Shown here: one piece after another, positions 20,839 to 30,181 of the stretch
Position numbering within the stretch: position 1 is the stretch's first letter
Layout: the number at the start of each line of letters is the position of its first letter
Assembly: GCA_029248105.1 (NCBI GenBank)
Contig: JAQWJZ010000027.1
Coordinates: 6,724 to 70,723, forward strand
DNA: 64,000 bases
Reading direction: 5' to 3'
Origin: Flavobacteriales bacterium
Lineage (GTDB): Bacteria > Bacteroidota > Bacteroidia > Flavobacteriales > UBA7312
Translations under genes and position numbers: made by a program
The notes under the pieces: model-generated
Databases searched by the model: none
What the model was told of the DNA's origin: nothing
The model's input: only the letters and a program-made list of their open reading frames with translations

Positions 20839-21585
20839 TTACTTTTTGAGCTTTTTGAAGAGCTTAGAAGCGAAAACGAAATCATTCAACTCTTTAGAGT
20901 CTGAATTAACAATGGAATCTTTATCTCCTTGCCAAGCCAGTTGCCCCTGATGAATAAACGCTATGTTATCGCCTATTTCCATCACTGAATTCATATCATG
21001 AGTATTCACAATAGTTGTTATTTTGTACTCTTCTGTAATTTCTTGAATAAGGTTATCAATAATTATTGCTGTTTGCGGGTCTAGTCCAGAATTAGGCTCA
21101 TCACAAAATAGATATTTTGGATTCATAGAAATTGCTCTAGCAATCGCTACTCTTTTCATCATACCTCCACTTAATTCAGCTGGATATAGATTGTTAACGT
21201 TGTTTAAATTAACTCTTTTCAAACAAAAATTAACACGGTCTTTTTTCTCCTCATCACTCATATTAGTGAACATATTTAGAGGGAATGAGATATTTTCTTC
21301 GACTGTTAAATAGTCAAAAAGTGCGCCACCCTGAAATAACATTCCAATTTCCTTTCTTAACTCTCTTCTTTTCTTTTTATCTAATTCGTCAAAAGAAGAC
21401 TTGTTAAATAAAATGCTTCCTGAGTCAGGCATGTGCAAGCCTACCATACACTTTATTAACGTTGTTTTTCCTGAACCACTAGCACCAATAACTAAATTGG
21501 TTTTTCCAGATTCAAAAACAAATGAAACATCTTTCAAAACGTGATTATTACCAAAGGTTTTGTTTATGTTTTTAACTTCAATCAT
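20839..21585 (-). CDS. ABC transporter ATP-binding protein (MlaF-like)
   Basis: Walker A GASGSGKTT, signature LSGGMMKRV, Walker B LFCDEP. It is coupled to the upstream MlaE-like permease. Confidence 0.85.
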   Translation of the reverse strand: MIEVKNINKTFGNNHVLKDVSFVFESGKTNLVIGASGSGKTTLIKCMVGLHMPDSGSILFNKSSFDELDKKKRRELRKEIGMLFQGGALFDYLTVEENISFPLNMFTNMSDEEKKDRVNFCLKRVNLNNVNNLYPAELSGGMMKRVAIARAISMNPKYLFCDEPNSGLDPQTAIIIDNLIQEITEEYKITTIVNTHDMNSVMEIGDNIAFIHQGQLAWQGDKDSIVNSDSKELNDFVFASKLFKKLKK

Positions 21586-22325
21586 GCTAACATTAATTGA
21601 GTAAGTATGAAGTTCATTATGAGAATAAATATACAGCTGTAAACCACAGACTTAGTACTAGACTTACCTACAGCTAAAGCTCCCCCACTTGTGTAATAGC
21701 CAAAGAAAGAAGAAATCGAAGAAATGGCAAAGGCAAAAAATATTGTTTTAATTATTGCATAAAAAATATAATAGGGCTCAAACCAATAAATTAAACCTTG
21801 TAAAAATTCTGGTTTACTGATTATCCCACCCAATGTAGCTGCCAAAAAACCTCCGAACATTCCTATTCCCATACTTATAATAACAAGAAAAGGAAAAAAT
21901 AAAACCGAAGCTATTATTTTAGGTTGAATGATAAAAGCAGCTGAATTGATACCCATAATTTCCAGGGCATCGATTTGTTCTGACACTCTCATTGTTCCAA
22001 TTTCAGAGGCAATACTAGAACCCACTTTACCAGCAAGAATTAAAGCAATCATGGTTGGGGAAAACTCTAAAATCAATGATTCTCTTGTGGCATAGCCAAT
22101 CAGATATTTGGGAATAAATGGGTTGCTTAGCTGCAGTCCTGTTTGTATGGTTACAACAGCACCCATAAAAAGTGAAATAATAGATACAATAGTTAAAGAG
22201 TTGACTCCTAAATTTACCATTTCATCTAGAATTCTTCTCCAGTAAACCTTTTTATTTTCAGGACGACTAAACACATTGCCTAACATGCTTAAGTACAAAC
22301 CAAAAAGTTTTAAACCATTTATCAT
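21582..22325 (-). CDS. ABC transporter permease (MlaE-like)
   Basis: MlaE-type permease profile (TRE...E.......AL..AG..GS..ASEIGTM.V.EQIDAL..MGI). The track start at 22334 is TTG. The ATG at 22325 (MINGLKLFG...) looks more likely. Confidence 0.8.
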   Translation of the reverse strand: MINGLKLFGLYLSMLGNVFSRPENKKVYWRRILDEMVNLGVNSLTIVSIISLFMGAVVTIQTGLQLSNPFIPKYLIGYATRESLILEFSPTMIALILAGKVGSSIASEIGTMRVSEQIDALEIMGINSAAFIIQPKIIASVLFFPFLVIISMGIGMFGGFLAATLGGIISKPEFLQGLIYWFEPYYIFYAIIKTIFFAFAISSISSFFGYYTSGGALAVGKSSTKSVVYSCIFILIMNFILTQLMLA

Positions 22326-22375
22326 ATTCTCCAAAAATAATAATATTTAAGCGGTTATCTTAAAAGCAAGATTAG

Positions 22376-22383
22376 TATTTTTG
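22376..22383 (+). promoter_or_regulatory. candidate -7 box (TATTTTTG) for the small lipoprotein ORF and feoAB
   Basis: Matches TAnnTTTG, 20 nt before the ATG at 22404. There is no comparable box between 22545 and the feoA ATG at 22584. Confidence 0.3.
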
Positions 22384-22403
22384 ATAATCTATTACACAAA
22401 ACT

Positions 22404-22544
22404 ATGTTTTCAAAAAAGAATTTAATCTATATCTCTGTATTCATTTCAGTCATTTTTTGCTTATCATCTTGTAGTATTCTAAAAAAAGATTGCGATTGTC
22501 CCTCTTTCTCTAAGTCAAAATCAGCTATTGAAAAACATGGATAA
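22404..22544 (+). CDS. 46-aa putative lipoprotein (below the ORF-track size cutoff)
   Basis: MFSKKNLIYISVFISVIFCLSSCSILKKDCDCPSFSKSKSAIEKHG. It has a signal peptide with a lipobox-like LSSC and a short Cys-rich mature part (CSILKKDCDCP). It is preceded by a -7 box and lies 39 nt upstream of feoA. Confidence 0.4.
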   Translation: MFSKKNLIYISVFISVIFCLSSCSILKKDCDCPSFSKSKSAIEKHG

Positions 22545-22583
22545 TTACTTTTTAGATTAATTCTAAATAAGTAATTTAGTGGC

Positions 22584-22811
22584 ATGAAAAATCTAAGTGA
22601 GTTAAAGCTTGGCACCAAGGCAGTAATCGACTCTTTTTCTGATAAAGAATTAGCGTTAAAGTTAATGGAAATGGGATGTTTGCCAGGTGAAAAAATTCAT
22701 GTTGAGCGCAAAGCTCCACTTGGCGACCCCATAGCAATCTCTATTTCAGGCTATGTTTTGAGTATGAGAAAAGCCGAAGCAGAAACTATTTTTGTTAATG
22801 AAATACCATAA
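22584..22811 (+). CDS. feoA: ferrous iron transport protein A
   Basis: A 75-aa FeoA/SH3-like protein (L..L..G....I.........L.L.E.G..PG..I......AP.GDP), immediately upstream of feoB. Confidence 0.85.
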   Translation: MKNLSELKLGTKAVIDSFSDKELALKLMEMGCLPGEKIHVERKAPLGDPIAISISGYVLSMRKAEAETIFVNEIP

Positions 22812-22814
22812 TTA

Positions 22815-24923
22815 TTGACAAACTCTAAAAAAATCACCGTAGCCTTAATAGGTAATCCTAATAGTGGAAAAACTACTTTATTTAATGCCCTTACTGGCTT
22901 AAATCAAAAAGTAGGTAATTTTCCAGGTATAACTGTCGACAAAAAAGTCGGCGCTTGTCAAATTTCTCAACTTGCTAGTAAAAATAAAGTAGATACTGAG
23001 TTTATTGATTTGCCAGGAACTTACAGCTTATACCCTAAGTCTATGGACGAAAGCATCAGCTTTCAAGTCCTTTGCGACCCTAAAAATGAACACCATCCAG
23101 ATGTAAATATCATTATTGTTGATGCATCAAATCTAAAACGTTCGTTATGTTTAGCCACTCAGGTTATCGATTTAAAGACTCCCTGTATTCTTGCACTAAA
23201 TATGATGGATTTGATTGAATCCGACGGTGTTAAAATTGATTTGCAATCGCTGGAAAAACAGCTAGGAGTCAGTGTTGTGGCAATTAATGCCAGAAAACAA
23301 ATAGGTATAGGTAATTTAAAGCAAGCTATACTCAATGTTAAAAAAAGGGAAACTAAAAAAAGCTTTGTTGACATCAAAAACCTTTGCCCTGAACTTATCA
23401 CAGACATACAACAAAAACTTGATAAAGCTAGTGATTACAACGCCTTCCAAATTGCTTGTAATTACAAAACCATCACAGATTTCTCTAAAGATGAAAAGGA
23501 TAAGCTAAACCATATCGTAAATAAGCACAAATTTATAGCCAAACGATTACAAGCTACAGAAACAGTTAGGCGATACAAAGCTATTGACAAGCTACTTGAT
23601 GAGTGTGTTGAATATCCAGAAAATAGCCGAAATAATAGCCTAACCCATAAATTAGATAATATCTTAACTCATCCTGTTTATGGGTTTATCATCTTTTTAA
23701 GTGTCCTCTTCTTAATTTTTCAAGCCGTATTTTCTTGGTCAGAATACCCTATGGAGCTAATCGACGGTGCTATTTCACAATTATCACAGTTTACTGCAAA
23801 CACCTTGCCTGAAGGAGCATTAAACAGCTTGATTGTAGATGGAATAATTGCTGGATTAGGAGGGATAATCATATTTGTACCTCAAATTGCCTTTCTATTT
23901 GCCTTCATTGCTATTCTTGAAGATACAGGCTATATGTCTAGGGTAAGCTTTATAACAGATAAAATATTGAGAGGCTTTGGACTTAGTGGTCGGTCAATAA
24001 TACCTTTATTGAGTGGTGCTGCTTGTGCTATTCCAGCAGTTATGTCTGCACGAACCATACCTAATTGGAAAGAAAGAATCATAACTATTATGGTCGTTCC
24101 ATTAATGAGTTGTGCGGCTAGGCTACCTGTCTACACCCTTCTTATTTCAATGATGATACCCGCAGACCAAAAATGGTTCATCTTCAACTTACAAGGGCTA
24201 ACAATGATGGGGTTTTATCTGATTGGCTTTGTCGCTGCAATATCAATAGCATGGATAATGAAGTACATCGTAAACTCCAAAGAACGCAGTTATTTTGTGA
24301 TGGAGATGCCTACCTATAAAACACCCGATTGGAAAACAGTTATATATACTATCATTGAAAAAGTTAAGGTATTCCTCATAGATGCTGGTAAAATTATAAT
24401 TGCCATTTCTATTGTATTGTGGGCATTATCGTCTTTCGGACCAAGTTCAACATTCGAAGAAATAGAAAATAAATATAAAAATACAGAAAATGCAGAGGTT
24501 ATGATTGCCAGTGAAAAGTTAGAATCTTCATATGCAGGTATTATTGGCAAAAGCATAGAACCAGCTATTGCACCATTAGGCTTTGATTGGAGAATAGGGA
24601 TTTCTCTAATAACCTCATTTGCTGCTAGAGAGGTTTTTGTTGGCACGATGTCTACTATATATAGTGTAGGTGATGCGGATAACACAAAATCAATACGTGA
24701 AAAATTAATGTCGCACAAAAATCCAAAAACAGGAGAGGCATTTTTCACCCCTGCTGTAGCTCTTTCATTAATGCTTTTTTATGCCTTTGCCATGCAATGC
24801 ATGAGTACTTTAGCAATAGTTTTCAGAGAAACTAATGGATGGAAATGGCCAGTCATTCAATTTATATATATGAGTGCCCTAGCTTATTTAGCTAGTTTTG
24901 TAGCTTATCAACTACTTAGCTAA
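22815..24923 (+). CDS. feoB: ferrous iron transporter FeoB
   Basis: N-terminal G-domain ALIGNPNSGKTTLFNALTG...VGNFPGITV...DLPGTYSL, followed by a polytopic gate domain. TTG start, 702 aa. Confidence 0.92.
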   Translation: MTNSKKITVALIGNPNSGKTTLFNALTGLNQKVGNFPGITVDKKVGACQISQLASKNKVDTEFIDLPGTYSLYPKSMDESISFQVLCDPKNEHHPDVNIIIVDASNLKRSLCLATQVIDLKTPCILALNMMDLIESDGVKIDLQSLEKQLGVSVVAINARKQIGIGNLKQAILNVKKRETKKSFVDIKNLCPELITDIQQKLDKASDYNAFQIACNYKTITDFSKDEKDKLNHIVNKHKFIAKRLQATETVRRYKAIDKLLDECVEYPENSRNNSLTHKLDNILTHPVYGFIIFLSVLFLIFQAVFSWSEYPMELIDGAISQLSQFTANTLPEGALNSLIVDGIIAGLGGIIIFVPQIAFLFAFIAILEDTGYMSRVSFITDKILRGFGLSGRSIIPLLSGAACAIPAVMSARTIPNWKERIITIMVVPLMSCAARLPVYTLLISMMIPADQKWFIFNLQGLTMMGFYLIGFVAAISIAWIMKYIVNSKERSYFVMEMPTYKTPDWKTVIYTIIEKVKVFLIDAGKIIIAISIVLWALSSFGPSSTFEEIENKYKNTENAEVMIASEKLESSYAGIIGKSIEPAIAPLGFDWRIGISLITSFAAREVFVGTMSTIYSVGDADNTKSIREKLMSHKNPKTGEAFFTPAVALSLMLFYAFAMQCMSTLAIVFRETNGWKWPVIQFIYMSALAYLASFVAYQLLS

Positions 24924-25498
24924 TGGAGTATTTAAAACACTATATACCCTCAAAATCTATTGATAAGATTTCTGAATGGTTGGAAGAATACAATTGTACA
25001 CTAACAATAAAAAAAAGAAGAACCACTAAATTAGGAGATTATCGTTATCACAAAAACAAGCACTACATTTCAATAAATGAAGATTTGAACCCCTATTCAT
25101 TTCTAATCATATTAACACATGAAATAGCGCATATGGTGGTTACTGAAAAATATTCCTCAAGAGTCTCCCCACATGGCAAAGAGTGGAAAAATGAATTTAA
25201 AAAATTAATGCTTGGCTTCATACCTCTTTTTCCTATTGAAATTCAACAATCTTTGGCCATTCATTTAAAAAACCCAAAAGCATCGAGCAGTTCAGATTAT
25301 ATGCTTGTAAAAGCATTAAGAAAATATGATAGTCAGCCAACGCTCACAATCTCAGATATTCCAAATGGGAGTATTTTCTTTACTCCTAATGGCAAAAAAT
25401 ATTTAAAGGAAAAAAAAATAAAAACTCGATTTCAGTGTAAATCTTTAAACAACAACAAAATATATCTTTTTAACCCATTAGCAGAAGTGCGCATATGA
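24923..25498 (+). CDS. SprT-like zinc-metalloprotease-fold protein
   Basis: HExxH motif in LTHEIAHMV, with the SprT-like N-terminal pattern (RRTTKLGDY...ISIN). Its ATG shares 1 nt with the feoB stop. Confidence 0.65.
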   Translation: MEYLKHYIPSKSIDKISEWLEEYNCTLTIKKRRTTKLGDYRYHKNKHYISINEDLNPYSFLIILTHEIAHMVVTEKYSSRVSPHGKEWKNEFKKLMLGFIPLFPIEIQQSLAIHLKNPKASSSSDYMLVKALRKYDSQPTLTISDIPNGSIFFTPNGKKYLKEKKIKTRFQCKSLNNNKIYLFNPLAEVRI

Positions 25499-25532
25499 TT
25501 TTGTACTTTTGGTATTCAACTACATTCGTGTT

Positions 25533-26621
25533 ATGAACAATAATAATTATGCCGTAATAATGGCAGGAGGTATAGGCTCAAGGTTTTGGCCTATGAGCAG
25601 AAGTACTTACCCTAAGCAGTTTTTAGATATTTTAGGTACAGGAGAAACACTTATTCAACAAACGTTTAGACGTTTAGCTAAATCATGTCCTGCTGAGAAT
25701 ATTTTGGTTGTTACAAATGCCAAATACAAAAAGCTTTGCTTAGAACAATTAGGCGATATGTTAGAAGATAATATTTTGTGTGAGCCCACCATGAGAAATA
25801 CGGCACCATGTATTGCTTATGCATCATTCAAAATAAATAAAAAGAACCCTAACGCAAATATTATTGTTGCTCCATCAGACCACCTTATAAGTAATGAAGA
25901 TGAGTTTACAAGAATTATTTCTGACTGCTTTGAAGTTTGCACTAACAATGAGGTGCTTCTCACCTTAGGCATAAAACCTTCAAGACCTGATACAGGATAC
26001 GGATATATCCAATTCAATGAAGGAAAATCGGATCTACATAATAGCATAAATACTGTTAAAACCTTTACGGAGAAACCAAACTTAGAACTCGCTAATCAGT
26101 TTTTAGAAAGTGGTGACTTTTTATGGAATTCAGGTATTTTTATTTGGAGTGCTAAAGCGGTTACCCTTGGCTTACGAAAGCATTTGCGAGATTTGTACGA
26201 TAGATTTGAAGATGGTAACGACTATTATAACACTGACGAAGAAGTGGAGTTTATTAACCGAATTTTCCCAGGATGTAAGAATATTTCTATTGACTACGGC
26301 TTAATGGAAAAAGCAGATAATGTTTTTGTTTACCCATCTGATTTTGGATGGAGTGATTTGGGAACATGGGGATCTTTATACGGTCATTTACAACTTGACG
26401 ATAATCAAAATGGAGTTATTGGTGATAATGTTATGCTTTATGATTCTAAAAACAATATTATTAATGCCCCTAATGAAAAAGTAGTGGTAGTTCAAGGGCT
26501 AGAAGACTATATTATCATAGACAACAAAAACACTTTACTGATTTGTAAAAAAGAAGATGAACAACAAATCAAGCAATTTGTTAGTGATATAAAGCGAGAT
26601 AAAGGCGAAGATTACGTTTAA
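25533..26621 (+). CDS. manC: mannose-1-phosphate guanylyltransferase
   Basis: The N-terminus YAVIMAGGIGSRFWPMSR..YPKQF is typical of the nucleotidyltransferase. I prefer the ATG at 25533 over the track TTG at 25509. Confidence 0.85.
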   Translation: MNNNNYAVIMAGGIGSRFWPMSRSTYPKQFLDILGTGETLIQQTFRRLAKSCPAENILVVTNAKYKKLCLEQLGDMLEDNILCEPTMRNTAPCIAYASFKINKKNPNANIIVAPSDHLISNEDEFTRIISDCFEVCTNNEVLLTLGIKPSRPDTGYGYIQFNEGKSDLHNSINTVKTFTEKPNLELANQFLESGDFLWNSGIFIWSAKAVTLGLRKHLRDLYDRFEDGNDYYNTDEEVEFINRIFPGCKNISIDYGLMEKADNVFVYPSDFGWSDLGTWGSLYGHLQLDDNQNGVIGDNVMLYDSKNNIINAPNEKVVVVQGLEDYIIIDNKNTLLICKKEDEQQIKQFVSDIKRDKGEDYV

Positions 26622-26622
26622 A

Positions 26623-28023
26623 CTATTTTTTTAAACTACCACACATATCTTCAGGGCGTACCCATTCGTCAAACTCTTCTGACGTAAGATACCCTAAGTT
26701 GATAGATTCTTCTTTAAGAGTCGTTCCATTTTGATGAGCTGTCTTGGCAATTTTTGCGGCTTTCTCATAGCCTATTTTTGGGTTTAATGCCGTGACTAAC
26801 ATCAATGAATTATCCAAGTTCTTCTTTAAGTTATCGTGATTAGGCTCAATACCATCGGCACAATTAGTAGTGAAAGACACGCAAGCATCTCCGATTAGAC
26901 GTGCTGATTGTAAGATATTAGCCGCCATCATAGGTTTAAACACATTCAATTCATAATGTCCTTGCATACCTCCTACTCCAATTGCTACGTCATTACCCAT
27001 AACTTGGGCACAAACCATAGTTAGGGCTTCACATTGGGTAGGGTTTACCTTTCCAGGCATAATAGATGAACCTGGCTCGTTAGATGGAATTATGATTTCA
27101 CCAATTCCACTTCTAGGTCCCGAAGCTAAAAGGCGAATATCATTAGCTATTTTATTTAGAGATATGGCCAGCTGTTTTAATGCAGCATGAGATTCAACAA
27201 TAGCATCATGAGCTGCTAAAGCTTCAAATTTATTTTCAGCAGAAACAAAAGGTAATTGCGTAAACTCCGCAATCTTTTCAGCTACTAAGTCGGCATATCC
27301 GTCAGGTGTATTAATTCCCGTTCCAACAGCAGTACCACCAAGTGCCAATTCTGAAAGATGACTTAATGTATTTTCTAAAGCCTTAAGTCCGTGGTCAAGC
27401 TGAGAAACATATCCCGAAAACTCTTGCCCCAAAGTCAATGGCGTTGCGTCCATTAAATGGGTTCTACCGATTTTCACAACATTCATAAATTGATTGGACT
27501 TTTTATCCAATGTATCTCTCAACATTTTGACTCCAGGAATTGTAGTTTCAACAATCATTTTATAGGCAGCAATATGCATACCTGTTGGATAGGTATCATT
27601 AGAAGACTGTGATTTATTGACATCATCATTGGGGTGAATGATTTTGTTATCATCATCAAGGCTACCACCATTCAATACATGAGCTCTATTAGCAATTACC
27701 TCATTAGTATTCATATTAGATTGTGTACCTGAACCAGTTTGCCAAATCACTAAAGGAAACTCATTATCGTGCTTACCATCCAAGATTTCATCACAAACGG
27801 CTGATATCAAATCTCTCTTTTCTGCAGAAAGAACACCAAGTTCACAGTTAGTATGAGCTGCGGCCTTTTTTAAATAGGCAAAACCATATACTACCTCTAG
27901 TGGCATGGTTGCTGATTGACCAATTTTAAAATTGTTTCTAGAACGTTCTGTCTGGGCACCCCAATATTTTTCTGAAGGTACTTTTACCTCGCCCATTGTA
28001 TCTTTCTCAATTCTATAGCTCAT
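26623..28023 (-). CDS. fumC: class II fumarate hydratase
   Basis: Signature [15 protein letters not shown] and the N-terminus [21 protein letters not shown]. Length is 466 aa. Confidence 0.95.
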   Translation of the reverse strand: MSYRIEKDTMGEVKVPSEKYWGAQTERSRNNFKIGQSATMPLEVVYGFAYLKKAAAHTNCELGVLSAEKRDLISAVCDEILDGKHDNEFPLVIWQTGSGTQSNMNTNEVIANRAHVLNGGSLDDDNKIIHPNDDVNKSQSSNDTYPTGMHIAAYKMIVETTIPGVKMLRDTLDKKSNQFMNVVKIGRTHLMDATPLTLGQEFSGYVSQLDHGLKALENTLSHLSELALGGTAVGTGINTPDGYADLVAEKIAEFTQLPFVSAENKFEALAAHDAIVESHAALKQLAISLNKIANDIRLLASGPRSGIGEIIIPSNEPGSSIMPGKVNPTQCEALTMVCAQVMGNDVAIGVGGMQGHYELNVFKPMMAANILQSARLIGDACVSFTTNCADGIEPNHDNLKKNLDNSLMLVTALNPKIGYEKAAKIAKTAHQNGTTLKEESINLGYLTSEEFDEWVRPEDMCGSLKK

Positions 28024-28084
28024 GATTTTTTTATTAGAATATTAACACTTACTTTTGCACAAAGTTAATTCAAATTATAAAGAT

Positions 28085-28231
28085 ATGTTTATAGGTTTTG
28101 TCCTCTTTTTAGTTATTGCTGGTATGGCATTTTGGTTGTTAACCTTTATTATTAGTTTTTTACCGTATTGGATTGGCGCATGGTTTATCGAATCTTACAA
28201 AAACCGTGATTTGGTTGAAGATTTAGAATAG
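28085..28231 (+). CDS. 48-aa putative two-TM membrane peptide (below the ORF-track cutoff)
   Basis: MFIGFVLFLVIAGMAFWLLTFIISFLPYWIGAWFIESYKNRDLVEDLE. A TACTTTTG -7-type box lies at 28050-28057, 27 nt upstream. The ORF fills an otherwise empty 209-nt gap. Confidence 0.35.
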   Translation: MFIGFVLFLVIAGMAFWLLTFIISFLPYWIGAWFIESYKNRDLVEDLE

Positions 28232-28232
28232 T

Positions 28233-28577
28233 CTAAATCACCTCCATTACCTTTTCCAAAGGTCTTCCTATAACAACACCTTTTTTACTTTTAACAATTG
28301 GTCTTTCAATCAGTTTTGGATTTTCGACCATTGCTTTTATTATTTCTTTATCGCTTAACTCTCTATTCTTAAATTCTTCTTTCCAAATAGCCTCATTACG
28401 TCGAACCAATTCTATAGGTTGAATCTGTAATTCATCAATCAAAGAAGACAGCGAATCCAAAGAAAGGGTATCTTTTAAATATTCTACTATTTTAATATCG
28501 CATTTTTTTTCTTCTAAGAGGGCTAAAGCTTCTCTACTTTTCCTACACCTTGGATTATGATAAATTGTTACTTCCAT
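28233..28577 (-). CDS. ArsC/Spx-family reductase (glutaredoxin-type ArsC-like)
   Basis: The N-terminus (M)EVTIYHNPRCRKSREAL and LIERPIV are typical of the ArsC family. I prefer the ATG at 28577. The track start at 28595 overlaps prfB by 14 nt. Confidence 0.75.
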   Translation of the reverse strand: MEVTIYHNPRCRKSREALALLEEKKCDIKIVEYLKDTLSLDSLSSLIDELQIQPIELVRRNEAIWKEEFKNRELSDKEIIKAMVENPKLIERPIVKSKKGVVIGRPLEKVMEVI

Positions 28578-28581
28578 AATT

Positions 28582-29670
28582 TTATTTTTGTCCAAACTCC
28601 ATTAAATAAGCTTTGATGAAGTCATTAATTTCTCCATCCAATACAGCCTGTGTGTTTGATGTTTCATGTTCTGTCCTTAAATCCTTAACCATTTTATACG
28701 GATGTAAAACATAGTTTCTTATTTGAGAACCCCATTCTATTTTCTTCTTATTTCCTTCTATTTTATCTTTTTCAGATTGCCTTTTTCTTAACTCAATTTC
28801 ATACAACTGCGATTTAAGTAGTTGCATAGCTTTTTCTTTATTCTCCAACTGAGAACGAGTTTCAGAATTGGTAATAATAATTCCTGTTGGGGCGTGTTTT
28901 AGCCTTACAGCAGTTTCTATTTTATTTACGCCTTGACCTCCAGCACCACCGGCTCTAAAGGTGTCCCAGCTGATATCAGCAGGGTTAATTTCTATTTCTA
29001 TTGAGTCATCCGCTAAAGGATATACAAAAACAGATGTGAAAGAAGTGTGGCGTTTAGCATTAGAATCAAAAGGTGATATACGTACTAATCGGTGAACACC
29101 ATTTTCTCCTTTTAAATTTCCAAAAGCAAAATCTCCGTCAAACTGTAAGGTAACTGATTTTATACCTGCCGCATCCCCAGCTTGAAAATCCAATTCTTTA
29201 ACTTTAAATTTATTTTTTTCACCCCACATGATGTACATACGCATTAACATTTCAGCCCAATCTTGACTTTCTGTACCTCCTGCGCCAGGGTTTATAGTCA
29301 TAACAGCTGACAGATTATCTTCTTCGCCGCTAAGCATATTTTTAAATTCTAGATCAGCAACTTTTTGAATTACTGATTTATAACTAGAATCTATTTCGTC
29401 TTCTTCTATTTCTCCCTCCTGAAAAAAGTCAAACAATACACTAAAGTCATCAACCAAAGATTGTAATTCGTCAAAAGCGACAACCCAAACCTTTTGTTTG
29501 TTTATGTTTTTTAAGTGAATTTCTGCTGACTTTGGATCATCCCAAAAGTTTGGATCTTGCGTTTTAAGCTCCTCAGCCTCAACGTAGTTTTTTTTATCTT
29601 CAATAGATAAAAAGCCATATAAATCAGCTAATCTTTTCTTGATATCTTCTATCTGCTCCGTTGTAACCAT
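28582..29670 (-). CDS. prfB: peptide chain release factor 2 (single uninterrupted frame)
   Basis: SPF tripeptide (RISPFDS), GGQ motif ([12 protein letters not shown]) and an RF2-type N-terminus. No frameshift is needed to read it. Confidence 0.92.
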   Translation of the reverse strand: MVTTEQIEDIKKRLADLYGFLSIEDKKNYVEAEELKTQDPNFWDDPKSAEIHLKNINKQKVWVVAFDELQSLVDDFSVLFDFFQEGEIEEDEIDSSYKSVIQKVADLEFKNMLSGEEDNLSAVMTINPGAGGTESQDWAEMLMRMYIMWGEKNKFKVKELDFQAGDAAGIKSVTLQFDGDFAFGNLKGENGVHRLVRISPFDSNAKRHTSFTSVFVYPLADDSIEIEINPADISWDTFRAGGAGGQGVNKIETAVRLKHAPTGIIITNSETRSQLENKEKAMQLLKSQLYEIELRKRQSEKDKIEGNKKKIEWGSQIRNYVLHPYKMVKDLRTEHETSNTQAVLDGEINDFIKAYLMEFGQK

Positions 29671-29688
29671 TAGGACAAATTTAGTGTT

Positions 29689-30153
29689 TTAAAGTTTGTG
29701 AACGCACGACCAAACAAGATCTGATTCGTAGCCTTTTCTTAACAGATAATCTACCACCTTCTTTTTTCTAACAAAAGGGTTTTTATCTTTCAATAAGCTC
29801 AATTTTTTATTTGCAAGTTGTGTTATTGTATTATTATAATCCACATCATCAATTTCTGTCATTCCGAGAGTAACACAGCTTTTAGATACTTTCAGCTTAG
29901 ATAGTTCAAAAGCAATTTTTTTTCTTCCCCATCTTTTAATTTTAAATTTTCCACTGCAAAAAGAACGGGCAAATCGTTCTTCATCAACGTATTTATGCTG
30001 AATAAGCTCAACGAGTATATCGTCTACTAATCCATCACTAACACCATACGATTTCAACTTAGTAACTACCTGATATTGACAACGATCCATAATAGCGCAA
30101 TAATGCCGAATGCGCTCTTTGATTATTTTTAGATCGTATATTTTATCGTTCAT
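29689..30153 (-). CDS. recX: regulatory protein RecX
   Basis: RecX-like helical repeats (ERIRHYCAIMDRCQYQVVTKLKSYGVS...VDEERFARSF...GRKKIAFEL). I prefer the ATG at 30153, which avoids overlap with the divergent MFS gene. Confidence 0.75.
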   Translation of the reverse strand: MNDKIYDLKIIKERIRHYCAIMDRCQYQVVTKLKSYGVSDGLVDDILVELIQHKYVDEERFARSFCSGKFKIKRWGRKKIAFELSKLKVSKSCVTLGMTEIDDVDYNNTITQLANKKLSLLKDKNPFVRKKKVVDYLLRKGYESDLVWSCVHKL

Positions 30154-30181
30154 CCTTTCAAAGGTAGTATTTTTGTACCCA

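Noticed and set aside
22427-22618. 63-aa minus-strand ORF in the mlaE-feoA gap.
   Set aside because: It overlaps the feoA start and has no signal, motif or promoter box. The opposite strand carries a better-supported lipoprotein ORF with an upstream -7 box.
24314-24748. Long antisense or alternative-frame ORFs inside real genes. Examples are 24314..24748 in feoB and 46294..46662 in murD. Others include 812..1069, 3366..3551, 4625..4816, 6516..6767, 14953..15201, 15712..15978, 17387..17641, 31413..31640, 37542..37739, the 39652..40980 set, 43758..44204, 47286..47792, 51501..51698, 55568..55819, 60982..61170 and 62435..62688.
   Set aside because: All lie wholly within strongly supported genes. 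Their translations are low-complexity, with no motifs. They are typical shadow ORFs of codon-biased AT-rich genes.
28582-29670. Programmed +1 frameshift expected in prfB.
   Set aside because: The RF2 reading frame is continuous from an N-terminus that aligns with full-length RF2 (…[14 protein letters not shown]…), so no frameshift site is present. Frameshift-less prfB genes are known in a minority of bacteria, so this is not novel.
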